Positions 31,601-42,000 of a stretch of 64,000 nt of DNA are shown piece after piece. Below the pieces are notes generated by a model. That model was not told where the DNA came from, made no database searches, and saw only the letters and a program-made list of their open reading frames with translations. Each line of letters starts with the position of its first letter. The stretch's first letter is position 1. The position numbers and the translations under genes were made by a program. Source of the DNA: Abditibacteriaceae bacterium (GTDB taxonomy: Bacteria; Armatimonadota; Abditibacteriia; Abditibacteriales; Abditibacteriaceae); assembly GCA_965277285.1 (NCBI GenBank), contig OZ255721.1, forward strand, positions 1,408,001 through 1,472,000, in the 5' to 3' direction.

Positions 31601-32042
31601 AATGAACCTCCAAGGCGTCGATTTACTGACGCTTTCGGCCTGCGAAACGGCGGTCGGAAACATCAGCAAAGGTTCGAGCGGCAACGGCGCGGAAGTCGAT
31701 TCTTTGGGTGAAATCGTGCAGCAGTTGGGCGCGGCTTCGGTCGTCGCCAGTTTGTGGCCGGTTTCCGATTCGAGTACTCAATTGTTGATGAAGGAGTTTT
31801 ATCGCATCCGCGCCGCGCATCCCGAACTGGGCAAAGCCAGCGCCTTGCAACAAGCGCAACGCGAACTGCTACAAGCCGACGTGAAATCTGTCACCGTCGG
31901 CGTTGGTTCGCGCGGCATGAAACTGAGCCAGAACGGTGGCGCATCAAGCGTTGCGTTGATGCCTTTTATCACCAATCCGCAAGCGCCATTCGCGCATCCA
32001 TTCTACTGGGCGCCGTTTATTCTGATTGGCAATTGGCGCTAA
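28695..32042 (+). CDS. secreted TPR-CHAT (caspase-like) protease 1
   Basis: Signal peptide; 40-aa TPRs; VHIASHF, LTLSACET; HPFYWAPFILIGNWR. Confidence 0.92.
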   Translation: MEKRYVLTFALVILCSGSQIRSAPQKPVALPVSESAKNTKESEVRETRLMDEGMAAFKASNWIQAVTIFRQLVVSDPTSIEYVQALALTYQNAARFSEGSQLLKNKLPLFPNSDDQKTLKIALAENEFWWAKSLGDAFEYSKSIPHYQAAFAIDQTLRRENAARELNNLGAMYSALGQTQQSIQLYRRALIMRREVKDRNGEGITLNGLGIDYDTLGQTDQALDCYRQSLQIARDLKDTEGQSHTLTDIGLILSNTGQNEQAAKSLQEALKIARDSKNLEREGDALNALGGVSLSQSRVGEAIGFYNDALKVRLAAKDKPGEGDTLHNLGAAYREKNNYDQARFYYQKSLAISIATNDRRGQATTLNDLGGVFNELNQPALAIPLFERARVIFHEFGARRDEITTLNNIGEAYDALGQSDKALSYYTRALPLARLTQDRVLEAYILNNAGSAMSNLGLFDDTVQVLTRALVAEREIGARKAEGNTLANLAHTYSAHGDFDKASQLNGQALVILREVGDRAGEARTLNNLMTLGQKQKKPSLAIFYGKQSVNLYQSIRADMRSFDKASQKSFLDVNGETYRNLADILIAQGRLPEAEQVLQLLKQDEFFNFVRRDAKRATISEPTALTPEEADWVKRYNEIADRATQIGARLDELAKKHKSGRTTTEETEYQNLLKDQEAINGRFVVFLRELDASLSATRADKVQEIRDSQSWQAELARLQQKENINAAVIYTLVAADKYRVILLTANTRQQFEYSISQDELNQRVETLRRGLSNPALDPVPAAQSLYKAMFCDGQLETALQGAKIQTALWFLDGALRYVPIAALHDGTHYLVQNDRENVVITLASEKRGFDKPDAGGQMLGLGVSQPHQVEIKNDAGEMQKLDFEGLSAVPDELRGIIADKAQGGIGPIPGQILLDPAFTAQSLQEALGEGYKTVHIASHFNLQAGDENASFLLLGNGQPLALSQWQTQMNLQGVDLLTLSACETAVGNISKGSSGNGAEVDSLGEIVQQLGAASVVASLWPVSDSSTQLLMKEFYRIRAAHPELGKASALQQAQRELLQADVKSVTVGVGSRGMKLSQNGGASSVALMPFITNPQAPFAHPFYWAPFILIGNWR

Positions 32043-32185
32043 TTTCAATATCGAGTACTCGATAGCAGCGACGAGCGAGAACGCGCTGTTTGTTGTGCTT
32101 TTTACTCGCTCGTTGTGACGCATTTCACAGCGAGAGAAACGAAGCCTTGTTACAATCGCAGCAGTTTCGTGAAAGTGAGAGAAAT

Positions 32186-35119
32186 ATGAAAAGGTTTATT
32201 TCTGGCCGTTTTTATAGCTTTGGGTTCGCACTGTGCCTGGCCATCCTTCTGTGCGCCTCGTCGCAGGCTGTGGCTCAGCAATCGAAAATACCAAACGCAC
32301 CAAAACCAGCAGTTGGTGCGACCACACGGGCGCTCACTGATGCCAAAGTCATTGCGAAAGCTAACATGTTAGTCGCATCCGGTCAATATGGAGCCGCACA
32401 AGAACTGCTGGAAGCACGAATTAAAATGGCCACTGCACCAACAGCGAAGCAAGCCTTACAAGTTGCTTTGGCCGATGTTCAATATGATTGGGCCATGGCG
32501 CTGACAGTTTCTTCGGACTTCGAGAATGCGATACGACACTTCCTGGCGGCCCTTGACATTGATCAAAAAACTCGTCCCAAGGATGCCGCTCTCGACCTGA
32601 ATAGCATTGGCTTAGCCTATGACTCTCTGAGCCAGTACGAGAAAGCACTGGAATACTACCGGCAAGCGCTGGCTATCTTTCGTGCCGACAAAAACCGACA
32701 AGGTGAAGGTGCTGTGCTTAACAACATGGGTTTAGCTTACAATCGCCTGAGCCAATATGAGAAAGCATTGCAGTGTTTTCAGCGATCATCGGTTATAGGG
32801 CACGAAGTCAAAGATCGAAACGGCGAAGGTGTAACGCTTGGCAATATTGGTTTAGCTTATGGCAATCTGGGTCAGGGTGCGAAATCACTGGAGTATTATC
32901 AGCAAGCGCTGGCTATCTTTCGTGAAATCAAAGACCAGGCCAGCCAGGGTGTTATGTTTAGCAACATTGGCTCGGCCTATATGTCTTTAAGTCAATATGA
33001 GAAAGCATTGCAATTTTTTCAGCAATCGTTAACTGTTGTTCGTGCAGACAAAGATCGACAAAGTGAAGGTGTGGCACTCAACAACATTGGTGCAGTTTAT
33101 AACCACCTGAGCCAATATGAAAAAGCACTGGAGTATTATCAGCAAGCACGAGCTATCTATCAAGAAGTCAAAGATCGACGAGATGAAGGTGTCACACTCA
33201 ACAACATTGGTGAAGCTTATAGCCACCTGAGCCAGGTTGAGAAAGTACTAGAGTATGACCAGCAAGCACTGACCATCACGCGTGAAGTTAAAGACCGGCA
33301 AAGCGAAGAGATTGTTTTAAGCCACATGATGGCAGCTTGGAAGTCACTGCAGTCGCCCGAACTGGCCATCTTTTATGGCAAGCAGGCGATCAACGTCACG
33401 CAAAGCATTCGCGCCGATATTGCTCATCTTGATAAAACAACTCAGCGTCTTTACGCCACTTCCAACCAAGATCGTTATCGCACTTTAGCCGATTTGCTGA
33501 TCGCTCAAGGTCGTCTTCCAGAAGCCGAACAAGTGCTGCAACTGCTCAAGCAGGACGAGTTCTTCACCTTTGTGCAACGCGATGCCACGCGCGCCGGTGT
33601 TTCCGACAACATCGCACTCACGCCCGCTGAGGCAGAAAGCGTCAAGAAATATGACCTGATCGCCAACGATGCCACGCAGATCGGTGTGCGCATGGCGGAA
33701 CTCGATGCTCTCAAGCGTGACTTAACGACTGAAGAGAATATCGAGTACTCGAAGTTACAAGCCCAGCAACAAACTATCAACGAACGCTGGACAATCTTCA
33801 CCCGCGAATTGAAAGTCGCGCTCGCCGCTACTCCGCGCGATAAGCCAATCGAAGTCAATGAAGGTTTGCAATCTCGGCTGGCTAAACTTGAAGCCAATGG
33901 CATCAAAGCGGCGGTGGTTTATACGCTGGTTTCTTCCGACAACTATCACGCGATCTTGTTGACGGCTCACACGCGACAGGCTTTTCAAAGTGATACCACA
34001 GCCGCCACTATCAACACGCAAGTCGAAACGCTGCGACAAGGTTTGACCCACACCAATGTCGATCCGGTGCCCGCGGCTCAGGCCCTTTACAAAACCGTGT
34101 TTTGCAACGGCCAACTCGAAACGGCGTTGCAAGGCGCCAAAGTCGATGTCGTGTTGTGGTTTCTCGATGGCACCTTGCGCTATGTGCCGCTTTCGACATT
34201 GCACGACGGCCAACACTATCTGGTTGAAAACCCGCGCTTAAATGTCGTTATCACGCCCGAAAGCATCGCTCACGATTGGGACGTGCCAAAAACAGGCGGC
34301 CAGGTTCTGGGACTGGGAACATCTAAAGCGCACGATGTCTTAGTGGATGGTGATACGGGCGCACCGGCGCAAACGCTCCATTTCGACGGCTTGAGTGCGG
34401 TTCCAGGAGAATTGCGCGGCATCATTGCGGACAAAGCTGATGGAGGCGTGGGCGTTGCGCCCGGCCAGATTCTGCTGGACGATGCCTTCAAAGCGCAAAC
34501 CTTGCAACGCGCCTTGCGTAGAGGTTTCACGACCGTTCATATCGCCAGCCATTTCAACTTGAGCGCCGGTGATGATACGCGTTCGTTCCTGTTGCTGGGC
34601 GATGGCGATACTCTCAAGCTGTCGCAGTGGGACACGCAAATGGATTTGAGCAACGTCGATTTACTGACGCTTTCCGCCTGCGAAACCGGTGTCGCTGACT
34701 TAGCTAACAGCAATTCAACCAACAGCAAAAAAGACAGTGCAGCGACGAATCAAGGTGCCGAAGTGGATTCTTTGGGCGAACTGGCGCAGCGTCGCGGTGC
34801 ATCCGCCGTGATCTCGTCCTTGTGGTCGGTCAACGATGACAGCACAAGTCAACTGATGCAGAACTTTTATCGCTTACGGCAGGAGAAAGCACTTTCCAAA
34901 GGAGAAGCCTTGCGACAAGCGCAGTTGATGTTGTTGCACGGCGACGTTCAAAACAAAGTTTACGGCGTGTCCTCAGACATAGCGAATCGCGGCATGAGAC
35001 TAAACCATGTTGGCGGCGATTCTGCGACTCCAACTACGCCCTTTGTGTTTAATGACAAAGCGCCGTTCGCGCATCCCTTTTACTGGGCGCCGTTTTACCT
35101 TATCGGCAATTGGCGCTAA
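32186..35119 (+). CDS. secreted TPR-CHAT protease 2
   Basis: Signal peptide; 120-bp TPR repeats; VHIASHF, LTLSACET; CHAT half closely similar to protease 1. Confidence 0.92.
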   Translation: MKRFISGRFYSFGFALCLAILLCASSQAVAQQSKIPNAPKPAVGATTRALTDAKVIAKANMLVASGQYGAAQELLEARIKMATAPTAKQALQVALADVQYDWAMALTVSSDFENAIRHFLAALDIDQKTRPKDAALDLNSIGLAYDSLSQYEKALEYYRQALAIFRADKNRQGEGAVLNNMGLAYNRLSQYEKALQCFQRSSVIGHEVKDRNGEGVTLGNIGLAYGNLGQGAKSLEYYQQALAIFREIKDQASQGVMFSNIGSAYMSLSQYEKALQFFQQSLTVVRADKDRQSEGVALNNIGAVYNHLSQYEKALEYYQQARAIYQEVKDRRDEGVTLNNIGEAYSHLSQVEKVLEYDQQALTITREVKDRQSEEIVLSHMMAAWKSLQSPELAIFYGKQAINVTQSIRADIAHLDKTTQRLYATSNQDRYRTLADLLIAQGRLPEAEQVLQLLKQDEFFTFVQRDATRAGVSDNIALTPAEAESVKKYDLIANDATQIGVRMAELDALKRDLTTEENIEYSKLQAQQQTINERWTIFTRELKVALAATPRDKPIEVNEGLQSRLAKLEANGIKAAVVYTLVSSDNYHAILLTAHTRQAFQSDTTAATINTQVETLRQGLTHTNVDPVPAAQALYKTVFCNGQLETALQGAKVDVVLWFLDGTLRYVPLSTLHDGQHYLVENPRLNVVITPESIAHDWDVPKTGGQVLGLGTSKAHDVLVDGDTGAPAQTLHFDGLSAVPGELRGIIADKADGGVGVAPGQILLDDAFKAQTLQRALRRGFTTVHIASHFNLSAGDDTRSFLLLGDGDTLKLSQWDTQMDLSNVDLLTLSACETGVADLANSNSTNSKKDSAATNQGAEVDSLGELAQRRGASAVISSLWSVNDDSTSQLMQNFYRLRQEKALSKGEALRQAQLMLLHGDVQNKVYGVSSDIANRGMRLNHVGGDSATPTTPFVFNDKAPFAHPFYWAPFYLIGNWR

Positions 35120-35152
35120 TTTCAGATCGAGTACTCGAAGGTCGTGTTCCTC

Positions 35153-38100
35153 ATGTTATCACTCAAATTCTACGCGCTTTCCCTTGCCGTTCTCGCCACC
35201 GCGACACCATTTGTTCGCGCATCAGCGGATGTTTCGCCCAAAAGTTCGCCTGCCGCAACAACGTTGTCGGCAACTTCAACTTTTGCCGGACATTGGCTCG
35301 GCTCCTGGAAATCGGACGCGCCCGAGATAGCAACGCCAAAATCGGACGCGAAGGCTGACGCAAAAACGGACGCGACAAAGCCGAAAACGCCGCCCGAACA
35401 CGGCACGTTGGATATGACAATTGCGCGTGATGGAAATGTCACCGGCGTCGCCTGGAACGCAACCGCCAACCTTTACACGCCGTGGATTGGAACGATCAAT
35501 GACAGCGGCGCGATGCAAATCGAGTACTCGTTTCTCGGCAATACGTTTGCGGCTCAAGGGAATTTAGTATGCGACAGCGCCAAGCATCTAACCGGCAAAT
35601 TGTCGTTCTTGAGCAACGGTAAAGTTTTCAGCAGCGCCGACTTCGATTTATCGCCGTCGCCAACGCAAACGCCAACAGTGCAAACGAGCAAGTTTGATTC
35701 GTGGCAAATGGCGTTTGACGAACAGGAAACGGCGCGCCTGGCAACCGGCGAAGCGACGCAGGAACGCGTTCAAGCAGCCAATCAGTCGCAATCGCTGGCG
35801 ACTGCCATCGCGTGGCGCGACTTCGACACGGACAACTTCGACGACGCCGCGACGTGGTTTGCGCGCATCGCCGATCTGAAAAAAGACGCGTTGCGCAATC
35901 GCGTCTTGTGGACAGAAAATATCTGGCAAAACACCCAGACAATGGTAGAAAAAGCGATCGCGCAAAGAAGGGCGCAATTGGCATCGGTCAAAACCGAACA
36001 CGAAAAATCAATGGTACAATCGAGTTTGGATTCGATGCTGAGCATCCAGTACTCGACGCAACACACCAGTTTGTCCACCTTGCAAACGCTGGCGCACGAA
36101 GACAACGATTTCCCCAGCGCGCAAAAATATGATCAACAATTGTTGGCCTTGGAAATCGCGCGCTTGAACGACATCACCAAAGTGGGCACGCCGGTTCAAA
36201 ACATCTGGATACAAAAACTCAACGTCGCCAGAGCCTTGGAAGAAATGGCGTGGACACAAGCCGAATCGACGCAATTCGCGGACGCCGACAAAAACTATCA
36301 TCAGGCGCTGGCGATCCGTCGCGCTTTGCCGCCCGAGTTTACTGATCGCGCGCCTTATGAAACATTGAGCGACCTGGGCTTAATGTATTACTACAACGTC
36401 GGCGATTTGAAGCAGGCGCGCGATTATTACGAGCAAGCCGTCACTCAGTTGGAAGCCGATGAACCCAACTTCTTGAAGTCGCTGGATGACGTGACGCCGC
36501 CGCCCTTGCCCGATCTCAGTCCTGAAAACCAGGCCTATTACCAGAAAACGTGGGCGCAAACGCAAAGGGAATTGAAGCCCAGCCGCCTGACGACCCACCT
36601 CTTGGACGAAGGCACGATGTTGAACAATTTGGGCGATGTCGCCATGTCGCAGGGCAATCTTACCAGCGCTTCTTCGTATTACAATCGCGCTCTCAACCTG
36701 GAAAGCCGTTTTCCAATGGGAAACGATCCTTACGGCATCATCGACGAAGATTCGCGGCGCATAATTCATATACGCACGATGGGCAGCCTGGCTTTTCTGC
36801 ATAGCGCATCTGGCGAAGTGGATCGCGCGCTGAGCGAGTTGGATGAAGTCGTGCTGCTCAGCCGCCAGAGCGGAAACGACGAAACCGTCGCCAATACGCT
36901 CGCGCAAGTCGCTGGCTTATGGTACGAAAAAGGCGATTTGAACAAAGCTCGACGTTACACCGAACAAGCGCGCACCTTTTTCGCTTCGGCACAAAAAATC
37001 AACGGCGTTGCAATGGCGACAGGTTCGCTGTCGTTTCTGGCGCGCGAAGCAAAACAGCCCGACGAAGCCGCCAAATATGCTTTGCAGCAACTTCCCCTGG
37101 CGCGTCAAAGCGGTAATTTTAACGGCATCAGCGGTGCGGCGATCAACCTCGCTGCCGCGCGCCTCGATCAGAAACGATTAGATGAAGTCGAGCCGCTTAT
37201 CCAGGAAGCTGAAACCGCCAACGCGCACACCGGTTCCGTCGAAAACCAGATTTCAACGCTCAGTTTGCGCGGTCAATTGTTGGAAGCGCAGGGCAAAAAC
37301 GACGCGGCCTTGGAAAAATACAAAGCCGCAATTGACGCTCTGGAAAAAGTGCGCGCCACGTCCGCCAGCGAAGAAACATTTGGTAAATCGCGCTCGAACA
37401 CGCGCATTTATGAACGCATCGTCAAGCTTCTCATCAAAATGAACCGCCCACAGGATGCCTTCGAGTACCTTAATCGCGCCAAATCGAAGCAGTTGCAGGA
37501 CGCGCTTTCTTTGTCGAACGTGCAGTCGCGCGATCCACAGTTGCAGGCTTTGCTCGACCGCGCCAAAGGCTTGCAGGAACGCGGTCGAGTACTCGATGCG
37601 CAAATCCAGAACGCGCCGGACGCGACGCAAGTTCAGAAACTGAAGTTGATCGCGGCGGCCAATCAGCAGGAGTTTTACGATGTGGCGGCGGACATCGAAG
37701 AAAAATATCCCACTTATGCCAGCTTGTTCACCGTCGATCCGACGCCGCTGGGCGCCGCGCAAAGCAGCATTCCCGATGACACGATTCTGGTCGAATACGC
37801 ACCGGTCGGCGATCAGCTTTACATTTTTCTGGTCACGCGCGACAGCCTCAAAATCTACACGCCGGACGTGCATCCCGAAGAGATTTGGAATCGCATCCGC
37901 AGCGTGCGAAAGCAAATTGATACACGTTCGCCCATGGAGACGACAATCGCCGTATCGAGTACTGGAAACGATGAAAAAGCGCTGGGAAAAGCGCGCGGCA
38001 TGAAGCTGCAATTGACCGATGCGAGCCAGAATCCGTATGACAAGGTTTCGCTGGACGATAACCTTTCGTCGTTATACGACCAACTGATCGCGCCGATTGC

Positions 38101-38896
38101 GCCGGAAATTGGTAGCAAGAAAGTGCTGGCGTTCATTCCGACGCAGCTTTTATATTATCTGCCGATGCAAGCCTTGCTGCACCGCGACAAAGCGGCTGGA
38201 ACGTCGCGTTATCTGATCGAAGAAAAGCAGATCGCCTATTTATCGGCGGCGGACGTGATGAACCTGGTGAAGCCGCGCGACAACACGCAAATGGGCAAAG
38301 GTTTGATGGCTTTGGGCGACCCAACCGGCGCCGATTTGCCGCACGCTTTGGAAGAAGTGCAGGCCATCAGCACGATTTTTCCGGCCTCGCAAGTTCTGAC
38401 CGGCAACGATGCAACCAAAAACATCATCGAAGCGCCGGACGCCGGAAATTTCCGCATTTTGCATTTTGCAACGCACGGCATTCTCAACCCAAATGCGCCG
38501 CGTCGCAGTTACATTTTGCTGGCGGCAGACAAAAACGCCACCGCCGGCAGCGAGCAGCTCCAGATGAGCGAAGTATGGGGATTGAAGCTGAACAAAGTCG
38601 ATCTGGTAACGATTTCCGCCTGCGAAACCGCGCTGGGAACCGATCATCCGGGCACGGAAATCATGTCGCTGGCGACGGCGTTTTCCAAAGCGCAGGCGCA
38701 TTCGGTCGTCGCCAGTTTGTGGAGCGTTTCCGATGACAGCACCAAAGATTTAATGGTCGAGTTTTACACCGGCCTGGCCAAAGGCGACAGCAAAGCGCTC
38801 GCGCTGCAAAAAGCGCAGATTCGAGTACTCAAAGACCCGCAATTCGCGCATCCCTATTACTGGGCGCCGTTTGTTTTGATGGGCGACTGGCGGTAA
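35153..38896 (+). CDS. secreted TPR-CHAT protease 3 with N-terminal beta-rich domain
   Basis: Signal peptide; LHFATHG, VTISACET; HPYYWAPFVLMGDWR; start may be 35144. Confidence 0.9.
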   Translation: MLSLKFYALSLAVLATATPFVRASADVSPKSSPAATTLSATSTFAGHWLGSWKSDAPEIATPKSDAKADAKTDATKPKTPPEHGTLDMTIARDGNVTGVAWNATANLYTPWIGTINDSGAMQIEYSFLGNTFAAQGNLVCDSAKHLTGKLSFLSNGKVFSSADFDLSPSPTQTPTVQTSKFDSWQMAFDEQETARLATGEATQERVQAANQSQSLATAIAWRDFDTDNFDDAATWFARIADLKKDALRNRVLWTENIWQNTQTMVEKAIAQRRAQLASVKTEHEKSMVQSSLDSMLSIQYSTQHTSLSTLQTLAHEDNDFPSAQKYDQQLLALEIARLNDITKVGTPVQNIWIQKLNVARALEEMAWTQAESTQFADADKNYHQALAIRRALPPEFTDRAPYETLSDLGLMYYYNVGDLKQARDYYEQAVTQLEADEPNFLKSLDDVTPPPLPDLSPENQAYYQKTWAQTQRELKPSRLTTHLLDEGTMLNNLGDVAMSQGNLTSASSYYNRALNLESRFPMGNDPYGIIDEDSRRIIHIRTMGSLAFLHSASGEVDRALSELDEVVLLSRQSGNDETVANTLAQVAGLWYEKGDLNKARRYTEQARTFFASAQKINGVAMATGSLSFLAREAKQPDEAAKYALQQLPLARQSGNFNGISGAAINLAAARLDQKRLDEVEPLIQEAETANAHTGSVENQISTLSLRGQLLEAQGKNDAALEKYKAAIDALEKVRATSASEETFGKSRSNTRIYERIVKLLIKMNRPQDAFEYLNRAKSKQLQDALSLSNVQSRDPQLQALLDRAKGLQERGRVLDAQIQNAPDATQVQKLKLIAAANQQEFYDVAADIEEKYPTYASLFTVDPTPLGAAQSSIPDDTILVEYAPVGDQLYIFLVTRDSLKIYTPDVHPEEIWNRIRSVRKQIDTRSPMETTIAVSSTGNDEKALGKARGMKLQLTDASQNPYDKVSLDDNLSSLYDQLIAPIAPEIGSKKVLAFIPTQLLYYLPMQALLHRDKAAGTSRYLIEEKQIAYLSAADVMNLVKPRDNTQMGKGLMALGDPTGADLPHALEEVQAISTIFPASQVLTGNDATKNIIEAPDAGNFRILHFATHGILNPNAPRRSYILLAADKNATAGSEQLQMSEVWGLKLNKVDLVTISACETALGTDHPGTEIMSLATAFSKAQAHSVVASLWSVSDDSTKDLMVEFYTGLAKGDSKALALQKAQIRVLKDPQFAHPYYWAPFVLMGDWR

Positions 38897-39030
38897 TATG
38901 CCAGCGAATAAATTCGCCGCCAGAAAAAGGTGTCGGGCTGCGCCGACGCGATGCCATCGAAGCCGTGTCAACGAAGGTTGACACCTTTTTCTGGCGGCGA
39001 ATTTATTCGCTGGCCAAAAGGAAACAAAGA

Positions 39031-42000
39031 ATGAAACCAAGACATTGGAAGAAATCCGCCGCGCTTTTCGTTGGTTTGAGTGCGATTCGAGTACTCGATT
39101 TGTCGGCACAAGCCGCACCGAACAGCGAAGTCAAGCCGAGTTTGCATCATGCGAACGGGCCGATATTCGCGCAGACGGCGCGCGGTGGCACCAACGACAA
39201 ACTCGCGTTCGATTTGCAATTGTTGCTGCGCCAGTATTCGCGCGGTCGTGGCGGCGCACCTTCTTCGTTGCCCGAAATGTCGGCGCAAACGGTCGAGCGT
39301 CGCTACGGCATCAGCGCGGATGATTTCAACCCGAATGTTACGGTTGCCATTCAAACCGATGGTTCAAAAACTGTTGAAGACGATTTGAAAAACGCGGGCG
39401 CGCAAATTCAAAGTCGCGTCGGCGATATGTTTTACGCGAATGCGCCGGTTTTAAGTTTGTCACGTCTCAGCGCAATTGATGGCGTGCAAACAGTTTCGCC
39501 CTTGCGCGCGCCGCAGATTCCACAACGACCTGCCGAACGGCGCGCGCCCGACGGTTTACAATTGCTGCGTTCGCGTGGCGCATTGGCGAACACTTTCGAT
39601 CATCAGGGCTTGACCGGAAAAGGCGTCATCCTTGGCGTCATTGATTCGGGCATTGACTGGCAGCACGGCGATTTCCGCAACGCCGATGGCACAACGCGTA
39701 TCCTCGCTTTGTACGACATGAGCGACAACTCATGGACGACTTCGGGTGGGAAAATCGGGACGAAACCGCCATTGCTCGATGGCGCGAAACCTTTGGGAAC
39801 GTTTTATACGCAAGGCCAAATCAACGCGGCGCTTAAAGGAACGGGTAAGCTCAATTCTGTCGATAAAGTCGGTCATGGAACGGCTTGCGCGGGAACGGCG
39901 GCGGGCAACGGTCAGGCGACGGCGAACGGTGTTCCGTTGGGCTTTTATCAGGGCGTGGCGCCCGCAGCCGACTTAATTATCGTGCGCGCGGCGGCGCCTG
40001 AAGGCGAAGGCATTTTGCCGCAGGGTTATCTCGCGGCGGGTTGGATCGCGCAAATGGCGAAATCGCGTCACCAACCGTGCGTCATCAGCATGAGTTTTGG
40101 CGATCAAGGCTCCTCTCACGAAGGCGATTCGCCCGAAGAAAACTTCCTCAACTCGCTGGTTGGAACGGGCAAGCCCGGCGTTGTGGCGTGCATCGCGGCG
40201 GGCAACGAAGGACAGGAAAACCTTCATGCGCGCGGTCGTTTCGGCCCCGATCAATCCGACGAAGCCGATACGTTCAGCGAAAGCATCGAGCTTTTTACGT
40301 CCGATCCCGATGGCACGTTGCTCAAAGGTTATTTCAGTACGGAAGACAATTGGGGAATGGCGATTGAGGGCTTGGACAACTTTCTGGTGGATGCCAAAGG
40401 TCAGCCAGTTTCGGTTTTGGTGCAGCGCAACGCGCGAGGCTTGGGCGCGCGCCTGAGCGCGATTCCAGCCAAACCTGCCGATTTTGGGCGTTATTTCAGC
40501 AACAACTTTGCCGTTGAAAAAGTCAGTGCGACCAGCGATGGACTCAGCGTTCTGCTGCCGCCTGGCAAATACAAAGTTTACGGTTACGGCGCGTCGCCCA
40601 AAGTGACGAACGGACGCTTCGATTTGTATTTGGAAAATTATGCGCACGCCAGTTTCGGCAAAGGTTCGGAAAGCCTTTACATCGTCGGTTCGCCGGGCAA
40701 CGCCGCCAATGCGATCACGGTCGGCGCTTACGATTTTCGCAATACCTGGACTAACTCGAATGGCAAGCCGACGGTTTACAATCTGCAAATGGGCGCGATT
40801 TCCAATTATTCCAGCGCCGGTTTTCGACGCGATGGCGTTGTCAAACCGGACCTGATTGCGCCCGCGACGTATACGATTTCGCCGCTCGCGCCGAATAGCG
40901 AAATGAATTTCGACGCGGACAACAAACCCGACAGCACGATGATAACACGCGATGGGAAACATCTGGCATGGGCTGGAACCAGCGCCGCCTGTCCTTATAC
41001 GGCGGGCGTTGTCGCCTTGATGTTGCAGAAAAATCCCAGTCTGGATGCCGCGCAAATCAAAGACATTCTGACGCGTACGGCGCGCCATGACCGCTTCACC
41101 GGTTCGGTTCCCAACCCAAATGCGGGTTACGGCAAAATCGACCCCGCTGCGGCTTTGCGCCTGACGCCCATCGCCAACAAACCGCTCGTTGTCACGACAT
41201 CGAGTACTCGAAAGGTGGCGCCGATGGTTCCGGCGAAAGCCAAGCCGACGCCCGACGCGATGTTGATGCCGCAAGACGTTTTAGCGTATGAAGAGGCGCG
41301 TCATTTGGGCGATCATCACGAGGCGTGGCACGCGGTTCGTCGCTGGGATTTAGCCGAAAAAAGCGATATTCAGTGGATGCAGCAGCAAGGCTGGAAACGC
41401 GCGGCTTTGCAGGAAGGCATGACCGGCGACGGCCTGGCTTTTCTGGCGATGCACCGCGTTATGGTCGAAGATATGCGTGACCGTTTTCCGCAATACGCCG
41501 AACTTTTCAGCGGTTGGGCGACGCCGCCGACTGATCCCCGAGACAAAATCAATCCTCTGGCCGTCAAAGTTTCGACCAACTTCGATCCCGCTATGCTCAA
41601 GGCTATTGACCGCATCGAAAACCATCCCGAAACTTTCGCCGATGACGACGCTTTCGGCTTGTTCCTGGAAACCAATCACCGACCTTTGTTCGGCAAGCCG
41701 GACAACAAAGCGAGCGATTTCTCCGCCGGACTACACGCTTATTTGCACCGCCGTTTCTCGGATGCCAGTAGCGCGATTGATATGGGCGACTTCACCGTGA
41801 ACATCGAAAACCGCGAGTTCTGGCGACTGCACGGCTGGGTCGATGAACAATGGAGTGCCTTTCGACGCGCCAAAGGTCTGACCGCGCGTGACCCCGAGTA
41901 TCGCGCCGCGATGCAAAAAGCCTACGCCGAAATGCACCCGCGCAAAACTGTCGGCGCGTCACGCGGCGGCGCTTCTGGCGAGATGGCGATGATGGGAATG

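Noticed and set aside
39100..41190. Palindrome-free gap as evidence of horizontal transfer
   Set aside because: With mean spacing near 1.2 kb, a 2-kb gap is expected by chance and composition looks host-like
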